Shown: one piece after another, positions 1 to 15,344 of the stretch | Position numbering within the stretch: position 1 is the stretch's first letter | Layout: every line of letters begins with the position of its first letter | Source: Eledone cirrhosa | Lineage: Eukaryota | DNA length: 64,000 nt | Assembly: GCA_964016885.1 (NCBI GenBank) | Contig: OZ024743.1 | Location: 279,310,001-279,374,000 of the forward strand | Direction of reading: 5' to 3' | Program-made: the position numbers and the translations under genes | Notes under the pieces: model-generated | Database searches by the model: none | Told to the model about the DNA's origin: nothing | What the model saw: the letters and a program-made list of their open reading frames with translations, nothing else

Positions 1-252
1 ACCTGTATTTTTGTTTCTTAGTTTGTTTATATATAGTTTTTTAATTTCTCCCTGGTCTACATTTTGATATATTTGTAATTGTTTTCATTTACTTAGAAAC
101 CTTTTCTATTCTGGAATTAAGACTGATTTAAATATCTATCTATTTATCTCACACACTTTCTGTCATTATACATTAACACACACGTAGACACACATTCACA
201 CAAACACACACACACATGTATATATATATACATGTGTCTGTGTGTATATATA

Positions 253-307
<55 letters not shown>

Positions 308-1785
308 GTGTGTATAAGTATTACCTATGGATGTATATTTGTATGTGTGCATGTATATGTGTTTTTGTATGTGTATACGTATGGATGTATATATGTATGC
401 ATGTGTGCGCGCGCGCTGGGTGTGTGTGTGTGTGCTTGAGTGTGAGTTTGTGTATTTGTGATAGACATGTAACTATACATTAATTCCGTTGATGATAGAT
501 TTCATTTTTAATCTAGATTTACAAGATATTACAAGAATAAGAAAAAAAAAAAACGAAATGAAATATCTGAAGAAAGCAATATGTATGTTATTCCATATTT
601 AAATAAACGGTAGTTGTTGTGTATGTGTTGTGATAAGTGTTAAGGATAAGATTTTTGTCGGGTTAGCAATGTTTGCTAATCATAATGATCTCTGCGGTTG
701 GCAAATAATAGTTAACGTCAATCCATCAACGATTGATAAATTTGGCCATTTTTACATAAAATTAAGCTTTCACAGACACATGCACCAACAGAGGCACACG
801 CTCATATACACACATAGATAAATCTGTGTGCCTGTGTATATATATATATATAAATGTATTTGTGTAGGTGTACGCATTTATGTTTATATGTATGTTTACA
901 TGTATGTATGTATGTATGTATGTATGTGTGTATGTGTGTGTATGTGTGTATGTATATACGTACGTGTATAGAGAGAGACAGAAAGAGTGAAGAAGAGTGA
1001 AAAAGAGTAAGAGAGAGACTTGGTTGCAAATACGCATAACACTCCACATCCTGGGGTTTTATATCAGTGAAAGTGGGGAGAATTGAAATTAAAATTTACT
1101 TCAATGATAAAATAATAAAGATTACTTTATCTAATAATAATAATAATTGTTTCTAATAATAATGTTAGAAGAACATTGAAAGAAATAGTAGAATTGTGAA
1201 TATGGTGATAATAATATTATTTCTGGATTTAATTAAAACGAACATTATTTTCATTTTTTAATTATCACACTTAATTAAAACTAAGTATAAACCCTCCTGA
1301 TGAGATGGAACAGATATTTCGAAAGACTTATGCATGGGATAGATAACTTACTGTTATATATTCATTTCTGTAATTCTTCTCGATCTCTTTTAGTAAATTA
1401 TTCAATGATATCAATGTACATCCATCCATCCATCTGTCCATAAATACATACATACATACATATATACATAATTACATACATATATATTTACATACACACA
1501 TATGCATACATTATATATATATATATATACATTGAGAGAGGGCGTCTGTAAGAGAAGGTGAGATCAACGCACAGATAGGCAGGCGGATAAACTAATAGAT
1601 AGGGTGATAGAAAGAGATAGGGTATGATATGGCGAACAGTTCCAGTTGAAAATATCCATGTGTTCATTTACTTTATCTCTCATTCTTCTACGATGTGATG
1701 CCGAAGATGTAGATTAGGTTGACATCATACCTTCTTTAATATCGAATTTTTCCTAATTGTGATTGTATGTATGTATGTATGTATG

Positions 1786-1952
1786 GGCCCAGCACTATGT
1801 GTCAATAATTGTCACAAGTGTAGTGTTTGTACCAGAGATTTCAAGTCACTGGCTGGACTAAACAGCCACACTCGTTCAACGCATCGGTAGGGGTTCTCCT
1901 ACATGGATATAAAGTAGTGGCCGTACTCGAAAACGAGTTGGCAGCCACCATG
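1786..1952 (+). mobile_element. 3' end of a non-LTR retrotransposon (C2H2-like zinc finger, 3' UTR, (TGTA)n tail)
   Basis: Reads ...[26 protein letters not shown] followed by a short UTR and tgta repeats. A near-identical copy lies in reverse orientation at ~55666-55833. Confidence 0.6.
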
Positions 1953-1988
1953 TATGTATATATGTATATATATATATATATATATGTG

Positions 1989-2027
<39 letters not shown>

Positions 2028-2034
2028 GTATTAT

Positions 2035-2133
<99 letters not shown>

Positions 2134-2700
2134 CCCTGTGTGTATATATGTGTTTGTTTGGGTGTCCGTATTTATGTTTATGATTGTATATTTAGCGTTT
2201 TGACAAAAAAGACATCCTTAAAATAATAACTGGGCTTGACAAAATAAGTAGTGTCGACGTAATCGGCTACTATATTGCAGCCCCTCTTATGCCCTCTTAT
2301 GTATATAGACAGAAACCAGCAAAATAGTAAAGAAAAAGAAATAGAAATAATCGGGTGTCGCAAGAAGAAAATGTGCCAAAAATACTAATGAAATATAATT
2401 TCCGTGTTCATAGTTTTATTTTAGATGATATGTTTCGGTAAGATTGAGGCATTGATATGTTCGAAATGAAAGTGTTCCTGCTATTATCATCTAACAAGCT
2501 TAGCATAAGTAGAAACTATCTTCGCGACTGAGTTACAAGAGGATATGTCTAACAAACATCGCTTTTACTTATGCAAACATTTAGATTATGAAACATTTGG
2601 TTGCAATGATTTTCCGTGTATAGTGCAATAGATAAACTCAGTTCAATATATAGAATGCTTGTTATTGTTGATATTTTCGCTACACATTTGTACACGCGCA

Positions 2701-2753
<53 letters not shown>

Positions 2754-2883
2754 TTATTTATGTATATATATACTTATTTATGTATATATATATTATATAT
2801 ATATATATATATAAAATATATGTAAAATCCTATCAAACTTTAGCTATGCAGACAATCTGGCCATCGTGAGTTACTCTACATAT

Positions 2884-4756
<1,873 letters not shown>

Positions 4757-5097
4757 TTTAAGAATAAATAGATATATAAATAAATAACTATATATATATA
4801 CATGGTGTTTAGTGAAAACATTAAAATGAAATAACAGAATAAAAAGTAAACTGGCAAGAAACAAATAGAAAACAAAACCAGCAATTCCCCCGATACGAGA
4901 GTAGATTACCTCCTGTACACGAAGTTATATAAATATATATACAGATAAAATGACAGCAGCCAATAGATGTACAAAGCTCGTTTGTTTGAATATCTTAAAA
5001 CGTTTAATATTCCCACACACACTACTTCCTTTTTCTCTCTCTTCTCTCTATCTATCGATGTGTGCGTGTACGAGCATATGCAAGTATGTATTTATCG

Positions 5098-5175
<78 letters not shown>

Positions 5176-5199
5176 TGTATATATATATATATATATATA

Positions 5200-5272
<73 letters not shown>

Positions 5273-5287
5273 ATATATATATGTATG

Positions 5288-5318
<31 letters not shown>

Positions 5319-5847
5319 GTATATGTATGTATGTATATATGTGTATTTATATGTATGTATATGTATGTATATGTATGTATATGTATGTATATGTATGTAT
5401 ATGTATGTTCATACTCCTATTTCTCTCTTTATATACAACCCGAAAAACATAAACATAATCTCTTTGAGAATAGGCTTAAGTATTCTGCACTCAACACTGT
5501 TATTAATTAATACTACCGACCAAATATCACCATAAACAACAACATGAACAACATCAATAACAACAACAAATACAGCTACAACAATTACAACTGCTACACC
5601 AACCACCGAGGCGAGACTATTATCAACACTACAACATGCCGAGGTTTCGACTACTGACGTCTCGTTGATAAAATTAAAGAAAAGCACGTACAGCAAGAAG
5701 TCAAGGAGAACTATGAAAACAAATGTTGATATGTAAAGTTTCCAATGTTACAATGAACGTCCCTGAGGTAGTGAAAAGAAGGAATATCTTCTGTTACAAC
5801 AAATGGGCTACTTTTGAGCGGAGCATTTCCGACTGAGCAGCAGAATA

Positions 5848-5939
<92 letters not shown>

Positions 5940-5956
5940 CGTGTGTATGGGTGTAC

Positions 5957-6012
<56 letters not shown>

Positions 6013-6768
6013 ATGTGTGTATGTGTGTACGTATATATAAAAGTATGTATGTGTGTATGTGTATATGTGTGTATGTGTATCTGTCTGTCTGTGTGTATGT
6101 ATTCATATATATAACACAGAGAGTACAGTGTTAGATTGTTGAAAGCTGTGCGAAGTCAAGCCAAACTTATCTTTACTATACAATAATCTACTATGTATGG
6201 ATATCTGTATGCATATCTCTATGAACGCACATACACGCACCGAAATACACACATACTCATACACACCCTTATATATATATATATATATATATAGGGTTTA
6301 TTTTTTGATTTATTGTATTGTAAATAACAACAAGTATGTATACAGGAGTAGGGGTATTAATGCTGGTAGAACATCCAATGCATGAATCAGCCGCCGAATT
6401 TATATCTTAGAATCTCAACCAAATCAAGATTCATAATGTCTGCGTTTACCTCTGTTAAACAACAAAAATATCAGTCTGTTTAATAAGCCATTTAGTGAGC
6501 CAAACTGATTGGTCAAACGGCTAGACAAAGCAAGTAAATATTCTTTACTCATGCCGCCTCAAGTAAGTAAGAATTTTATATAATGCAGTCATATAGAGCA
6601 GTAAAAAGGCGGGATGTGTATGTGTACTCCATTTTGGAGGGCTACAATATCAATGTTGACCTACGGTATATCATCAAGAACAGCAAAAGCAGGGAAGTGT
6701 ATGTAATTTGACGATGTTTCAGTGTATTTAAAACGGAAGGAAAAGGGGTAAGAAAGTAAAAGGCCTCT

Positions 6769-8698
6769 AGATCATGGGCTGGAACGCCTTTACTTTCTTC
6801 CTCTCAACTACATCATCCTCTATGTTCCCTATCTTTGCTCCCAGATATAAGCAGACCTCAACCAATTCTAGCGGCTTCCCGCCTACATTCATAATCTTCT
6901 CTGGATTCTTAATGTTCTCTGCCAGATATTTCGTCTTAATCTCATTCATTCTCAGCCCCACACTCTTCGACACAGTCTCTACCTCCTGCATCAACTCCTC
7001 TGCCTCCTTTATTGTGTTTGTCACCAGAGCCATGTCGTCAGCAAATTCAGCATCTGATATCTTTTTAGCTGTAACTCTCCTGCTCTAAGCCAGTACTACA
7101 GTAAAGTCCGAGTCGTGGTGTTTCTCGAGCGCAAGGCGCATACAATAGTCCACTGTGGTGATAAAAGGTAGGGAGCCAATAGATCTCCCTGGAGCATTCC
7201 AGCCAGTATCTCAAATAATTCCATCATCCCGTCAGGTATAATGACTTGGGCTCTGGTGTTGCTGTAGAACAGTGATATCAGGTCCACTAACTTCTTGGGG
7301 ATTCCATAAGCCTGTAAGATCTTCTTCGTGTAGTAAAGGTCAAACAGAATCAAAGGCCTTCCTGAAGTTAATGAAAACCATGACAGCAGGAAGGCTCTTT
7401 GTTCTAGTTACTCCTAATATCATGCTCGGCATCAGGATGTGACTGGTAGTTGATCTTTCCTCTCTGGTTGTCCCTAAGTTTCTTCTCCGTCTCAGGTTGA
7501 AGAATTCTGTTAAGAATCATTCTGTTGAGGGTCTTTGCCATAAGTGACGTCAGTAATATCTCCCTGTAATTGTTGGTATTAGAGAGATCTACCATCTTTG
7601 GCACTGGGACGATGTTACTGTTCCTCCACTGATTCGGGGCAACTCCCTTCTCCAGTTCCTGGTTACAATCAAAATCACACCTCTTCATCACCTCTGATGC
7701 CACTCTATCTTCTCCATGAGACTTGCCCTCATTGATCTTCTTCTTAGCTCTCTGAAACTCCTCTCTGTCTTAGTATCCAGTTTCTCAAACAGCTACCTGA
7801 TCTCCACAGTGTTCTGGGCTGTGGAAGGTGGCTCTCCTAGTAGGGTCTTCAAATGGTCCAGCTAGTTCCTCTTCCTATCATCGGGCCCTGTTCCCTTGAT
7901 TTGACACAAACTTGCTCTATTCCAGCTCTCTTTACACACCGACCTATCAACCGCTCTCTCCACACTTCTGATATTCTCTGTCAGCGCCTCCTCTATGGCC
8001 TCAGTGTAAGCGGTACAAAGTTATTCCTTCATCACATCCAGATCCTCCTTCCTCTCCTCTGCAGGATCAGCTTGGAATTGATCCTTGGCAGCTTTCAGGT
8101 GTTCTCTGGCTGCACACACGTTTCAGCCTGCATAACTGATGTTCTTTCTTTGTTTTATCTCTCCTCGGCAACAGGGCCTCACTTGCCTTTGCCACTGCAG
8201 TGGTGAAGTACCTGTACCGCCTCGTCATACTCTCCTCAGTCCCTCCAATCTCTCTCTCCGTCGCCCCTCCACACAGAGCACTGAACCTGATCCTCAATTC
8301 TACTGTGTACCTCTTCTGTAGCTTATCATCTTCCTTGAAATCTCCACAGCGATAGGTTGCTGTCTGGAACTGTGCCTTACTCTTTCTTAAGCTCACCCAG
8401 AGGTCACTCATAACAAGCCGGTGGCACTGCCCAGTGTTCAGAACACTATTCCGCCACTTCTTCCTCACCAGAATGAAATCAATCTGTGACTTGGACCGGT
8501 TCATATCAGTCATGTAGGTCCACATCTTCCCCAGATATTTCCTAAAACTTAGGTTGGTTGCCATCAAGTTCACCTTCAGCAGGGTGTCCCTCAGTAGTCA
8601 CCCATTTAGGTTGGTATTATTATGGAAGTATCAGCAAGGATCTTCACTGTGCTCCTTACTCAGATGTGCATTGAAGTCGCCCAGAACAAGGGGAATGT
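6769..8698 (-). mobile_element. Degenerate RTE-like LINE (APE endonuclease plus RT), frameshifted
   Basis: Minus-strand motifs LVLGDFNAHL, SQIDFILVRKKWRNSV, NIVPVPK..DLSNTNNYREI, FINFRKAFDSV, GMLQGDLLAPYL, EFADDMAL and GLRMNEIKTKYL across several frames. Confidence 0.85.
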
Positions 8699-8805
8699 TA
8701 TATATATATATATAAGTTTATCCCGGGTTCAATCGGGATAAACTTATATATAAACAGTAAGTAAGGTCCTCAATACACAGCAGAGTATAATTATTTAATA
8801 TAGAA

Positions 8806-9669
<864 letters not shown>

Positions 9670-9781
9670 GACGTCGCATAAAATTCTATGTAGCTTAATT
9701 GGTATAAATTAATGTTTTTTCTCTCATCTCTTACTCCACTAGACAGCGTTTGGATTGTGTCAGACACTGTGATGAGGGGTC

Positions 9782-9985
9782 TAAGTATGTATGTATACGT
9801 ACATACATATATGTATACAGACGTACAGTAGTATGTATACATATATATACATACATGCACACATATATATACATACTACTGTACGTCTGTATACATATAT
9901 GTATGCAGGTATACATACATACTTACATTTAAGTAAGTGTCGTACTAAGAGTGAGAAATGAAGTTTCGTTTCATTCTATTCCATT
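9782..9985. repeat. Dispersed repeat with internal hairpin 9782-9925; related copy at ~29561-29720 in reverse orientation
   Basis: gtatacagacgtacagtagtatgtata / tatacatactactgtacgtctgtatac arms. The flank gtactaagagtgagaaatgaa is the reverse complement of sequence at ~29580-29600. Confidence 0.7.
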
Positions 9986-10004
9986 TATATATATATATAT
10001 ATGA

Positions 10005-10747
10005 AGTAATTCCGCCGGAAATGTCCAGGAAAAAAGAGTGCTCTATGTAAGTTACAGAGCTTAATAGTTATGTAATAAACAACATAAGGCAATTACTTCA
10101 TTTACCAGTGGTTTCTGAAAAGCAAACAAATTTTGCTTTCAATCATCAGAATGAAAAAGTCCTGGTGTATTTAGTGACATTGGATTTTAAAAACAAAAAT
10201 ATAATCTATATAAAAGTGAGGTTGGAAAAGGAAGAAGGAAAGGAAAAATAAACACACATGTACACACACACACACACAAGTACATACACACACATATATA
10301 CATACACATATGTATACACACACACATACACACACAAACATATATATGTATATATATATACATACACATACATATACACATACATACATACACACACACG
10401 ATCATACATATATACACGTACATACACACACATACATACACACATATATACACGCATACATACGCATGCACACATATAGATATATGTACACACATCTACA
10501 TACGCACACAAATAATTATAAGAAAAAATATAATTAAAAAAATACCGTCACATAAGAATAAATGTGAATATAAAAATTATTATAAAGTTCACAGCGATAC
10601 AGGCAACAAATAAATGAACAAACACACGTGGTAAGCAATACAGACAATTGCACATACACATACATACGTAAAAATAAATACATACACATACACACATACA
10701 CATACATATACACATACATACACATACACATATACATACACACACAC

Positions 10748-10837
<90 letters not shown>

Positions 10838-10964
10838 ACATATACATATATATATACATACATATACATATATATATGCATACATATACACAAACACATA
10901 CATACAAATACATACACACACATATGTATGTGTCTAAAACTCATTCTTAGATGTATTCATATGA
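10005..10964 (-). mobile_element. Inverted copy of the 3' region of the adjacent Penelope-like element
   Basis: 10141-10964 is the reverse complement of ~13439-14337, with shared unique blocks such as tccaatgtca..aatacaccagga and attgcttaccacgtgtgtttgttcatt. It continues through a full HHR to a (TA)n end. Confidence 0.85.
10097..10155 (-). ncRNA. Type I hammerhead ribozyme
   Basis: Minus strand: ttcatt CTGATGA t tgaaagcaaa..tttgcttttca GAAA cc act gg TA aatgaa. Stems I, II and III all pair; GUA cleavage triplet. Confidence 0.85.
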
Positions 10965-12463
10965 AAACAAAATATTAAGAAAAATAATTCTCCAAATTAG
11001 AACTAAGACTGACTTATCACAATGGTTAAATAAATCCTCTGTTATTTCTTGGTTTAATAATATACAAGGTAAAATTAAGTGTAGATTTATCCAATTTGAT
11101 ATTGTTGATTTTTACCCCTCTATTACTCTTTCCTTATTAACTAATGCCTTAGACTTTGCAAGACCCTTCATTAATATTTCTAAATTAAAAGAAGACATTA
11201 TCTTTCATGCTAGAAAAACTTTACTCTTTACTAATGAAAGTATTTGGGTTAAAAAGTCAAACCCTGAAACCTCTTTTGATGTTGCAATGGGTTCATATGA
11301 CAGTGCGGATGTGTGTGACTTAGTAGAATTATTCCTTCTCCACACCCTCAAAGAGAAATTTCCTTCCCATAATATCGGTTTATACCGTGACGACGGATTG
11401 GCAGTTTCTCATACCACCAACGGCCATAACCTTGATAAATTCCATAAAGATTTAATCAATACTTTCGCTAATCTTAACCTTAAAATTACTATAGATACGA
11501 ACCTTACCAATGCTAACTTTGTTGACATTAATCTTGATCTACTTACTGCCTCTTTTAAACCTTATCATAAACCTAACGAAAATCTTAGATATATACACAA
11601 AGAGTCTTGCCATCCCCCTATAGTCTTTAAAAATCTTATTCCCAAAATTAGCCGTATGATTTCTACCTTAACTTCGTCTCTAGACATTTTTAATATAGCC
11701 GCTCCTTATTATAATAAAGCCCTTAATAACATCAGATTTACAGAACAAATTAATTATTTACCTACTTCCCACCCACCCCTAAAACTCACCACAATAATAG
11801 GAAAAGGAAAATTATTTGGTTTACACGCCCCTCCCTCTAACTGTCAACACTAATGTAGGAAGGAAATTCCTTGACCTCTTAGATAAACATTTTCCTCCTA
11901 ATCATAGATATTATAAGATATTTAATAGAAATGTAGTTAAAATCAGTTACTCTTGCTGCCCATCAATGAAGTCTAAAATCACCAATTCCAATCGTACGAG
12001 AATAAATCCAGGATGCAGTTGCAGGAAGCCGGATGAATGCCCATTACAGGGCAAATGTAACACCAACGTGACACCTTTAATTAACAACCAGCCAGCCAGG
12101 AGTGAACGATATGTTGGCATAACCCAGGACAGGTTTAAAACCAGGTTTTATGCACATGTCGCTTCTTTAAAACACTCCGATAAAAGAACAGCAACGGCTC
12201 ACGCAAATAAGGTATGAGAATTCAAGGATAAAAACATCCCGTACTCTATCGATTGGTCTATTTTAGACCATTCGAGGGAGTACCAAAGGGGCACAAAGAA
12301 TTGTTCTTTGTGTACCACTGAAATATTTCGGATTTTACAAAACTTGAAAGCCACTTCAACTTGCCTGAACTCCAAGACCGAGATCTTCAGATGTTGTCCT
12401 CACCTGAAATCACATCTGATCTGTAACTGGATTGACATTCCTACGATAACTCAACCACCTTGA
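10951..12463 (+). pseudogene. 5'-truncated Penelope-like element ORF (RT plus C-terminal GIY-YIG), one frameshift and one stop
   Basis: FIQFDIVDFYPSI, MGSYDSADVCDLV, GLYRDDGL, CSCRKPDECPLQGKC, YVGITQDRFKTRFYAH, CSLC and LNSKTEIFRCCPH. Frameshift near 11770-11815; TGA at 12215. Confidence 0.92.
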
Positions 12464-12817
12464 ACTTCTTCTCTGCTCTCTACGCCTTACATCCACTACG
12501 ATTCTTTTACCTTCTGAATTCACTTTCTGTACTCTTATATTGTTTTTCTCTCTTATCTCCCCTTATATTTAAACCTTTTCCTATGTCATTTATTTTCTCC
12601 CCCCCCCCCTTCCTTTCTACCTTACTCTTCACATATCCACCTTTTTTATTTTTAGATATTTATTTCTGTGTGTGTGTGTGTGTGTGTAGCGCATATGTAT
12701 ATATATGTATATTTATATATATATATGTATGGATATGTATGTGTGTATGTATGTTTATATATCTGTATGTATATGTATGTGTGTATATAATTGTATTTTA
12801 TATGCTTCTGTTGTATT

Positions 12818-12879
<62 letters not shown>

Positions 12880-13072
12880 GTGTGTGTGTGTGCGTGTGCG
12901 TGTGTATATTTGTGTGTGTGTAATTTTATATAATTGTTTTTGTGTGTATATATATAATAGCCTCAGAAACGGCTTGAGGTCTGCCGTGGGTTCATACTTT
13001 TTCCTATATGTGTATATATATACGTATATGTATGTATGTGTATGTATGTGTGAGTGCATTTGTATGGTTGTA

Positions 13073-13119
<47 letters not shown>

Positions 13120-13315
13120 GTATGTGTGTATGTATTTGCATAATTATATACAGTAATTTAATGCTTATTTTCATTGATCTTTTGCTCCAGGAACTTGTTG
13201 AGTGCTCTAAATCAGCAATAAACATTTATACCCTTTTCTAATTATTTATTTATTTATTATTTGTCGTATTCCCAACTTTTTATTTTTATATATATATAAT
13301 ATTTATGTATTTTCT

Positions 13316-13350
<35 letters not shown>

Positions 13351-13381
13351 ATGTATATGTATGTGTATATATATGTGTGTG

Positions 13382-13425
<44 letters not shown>

Positions 13426-13438
13426 AGAGTTAAACAAG

Positions 13439-13506
13439 GTTCATATGAATAAATCATAGATATGTGTGTGTATGTATTTGTATGAATGTGTTTGTGTATA
13501 TGTATG

Positions 13507-13537
<31 letters not shown>

Positions 13538-13912
13538 GTATATATGTATATATGTGTTTGTGTGTATGTATATGTGTATGTATGTGTATATATATGTATA
13601 TGTATGTGTGTATGTGTATGTATTTATTTTTACGTTTGTATGTGTATGTGCAATTGTGTGTATTGCTTACCACGTGTGTTTGTTCATTTATTTGTTGCCT
13701 GTATCGCTGTCAACTTTATAATAATTTTTATATTCATTTTTATTCTTATGTGACGGTATTTTTATTATTATATTTGTTCTTATAATTATTTCTGTCTGTG
13801 CGTATGTAGGTGTGTGTAAATATATCTATATTTATGCATGCGTATGTATGTGTGTATATATGTGTGTATGTATGTGTGTGTATGTACGTGTGTATATATG
13901 TATTATTGTGTG

Positions 13913-13949
<37 letters not shown>

Positions 13950-14337
13950 TTATATGCATGTGTGTGTGTGTGCCTGTTTGTGTATTTGTGTGTATGTGTA
14001 TGTATGGATATGTTGATATATATGTATATATGTATGTATGTGTATATATGTGTATGTATGTATGTGTATGTATGTTGATATATATGTGTGTATGTATGTA
14101 TATGTATGTGTATGTATATATATATATATACATATATATATGTGTGTGTGTATGTGTGTGTGTATATATATGTGTATGTATATATGTGTATGTATGTAAT
14201 TGTGTGTGTGTGTGTGCATGTGTGTTTATTTTTCCTTTCCTTCTTCCTTTTCCAGCCTCACTTTCATATAGATTATATTTTTGTTTTTAAAATCCAATGT
14301 CAATAAATACACCAGGATTTTTTCATTCTGATGATTA
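13439..14337 (+). mobile_element. Microsatellite-rich 3' UTR/pLTR of the Penelope-like element, ending mid-hammerhead
   Basis: Reverse complement of 10141-10964. It stops at ttcattCTGATGAtt (~14323-14337). Confidence 0.75.
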
Positions 14338-15260
14338 CCGAATTCGCATACCACACCCCTTCTGCCTCCCGTTAGACCTGTGCGAAATTCCTTCCTTGCT
14401 CACATTTCAACCAGGTTTGATGGTCTTTATTCTCTCGTTCACGATTCCACCGAATTTATATTCATAGAAATCTGGGACTTGTTTCTTTCTTCTTCATCAC
14501 TTTCTGTTGCTTAAACCATTTTGTTTGTTTACCCGAAAAGCCTACGACCGTTGGAAGGCCACTGATGAAGGACAAACTTTTTCATATGTAACCCATTTGC
14601 AACGCCGCAGCTCCATTATTATCATATTTACACATATATTTTTTCCTCCGCTGCCACCAGTCTGTTTCGTTCTTTGTATCTTTACCCTTTCTAGCAGTCT
14701 CTTTCTCTCTGTTAGCCTCTTCCTCACCTTTCACACACTCACTCTCTGTCACTGCCTCTCCTCCTCACCTTTCTTCCCGTTTGACCTGTCCGTAATCCTT
14801 TTCTCGCGCTCACTTGGCCAATCCGGTATGCATTTTTTTACTCTCTCTCTCGTCTGCGACTTCACAGAACTTATGTTTACCGAATTCGCAGACCAGACCC
14901 CTTCTTCCTCGCGTTAGACCTGTGCGAAATTCCTTCCTTGCTCACATTTCAACCAGGTTTGATGGTCTTTATTCTCTCGTTCACGATTCCACCGAATTTA
15001 TATTCATAGAAATCTGGGACTTGTTTCTTTCTTCTTCATCACTTTCTGTTGCATAAACCATTTTGTTTGTTTACCCTAGCGTCCCCTTTATTTACGTGTC
15101 CCAACGACTTTTTTAGCCGTTGCTCGCACCAACCTGAGATATATGGCCTTTAAAGCGACGAAATGCCTACGACCGTTGGAAGGCCACTGATGAAGGACAA
15201 ACTTTTTCATATGTAACCCATTTGCAACGCCGCAGCTCCATTATTATAATATTTACATAT
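14337..15260 (+). repeat. Partial tandem duplicate of the 9.0-9.6 kb non-coding family
   Basis: accgaattcgca...gttagacctgtgcgaaattcc at 14337 and 14879. ggaaggccactgatgaaggacaaac at ~14553 and ~15178. Ends in (TA)n. Confidence 0.8.
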
Positions 15261-15279
15261 ATATATATAAATATATATA

Positions 15280-15340
<61 letters not shown>

Positions 15341-15344
<4 letters not shown>

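Noticed and set aside
1292-1340. CTGATGA...CGAAA hammerhead-like match
   Set aside because: Stems I and II do not pair convincingly.
5634-5672. Minus-strand gac..gtc GAAA cctcgg resembling HHR stems II/III
   Set aside because: No CUGANGA or UH site; too decayed to call.
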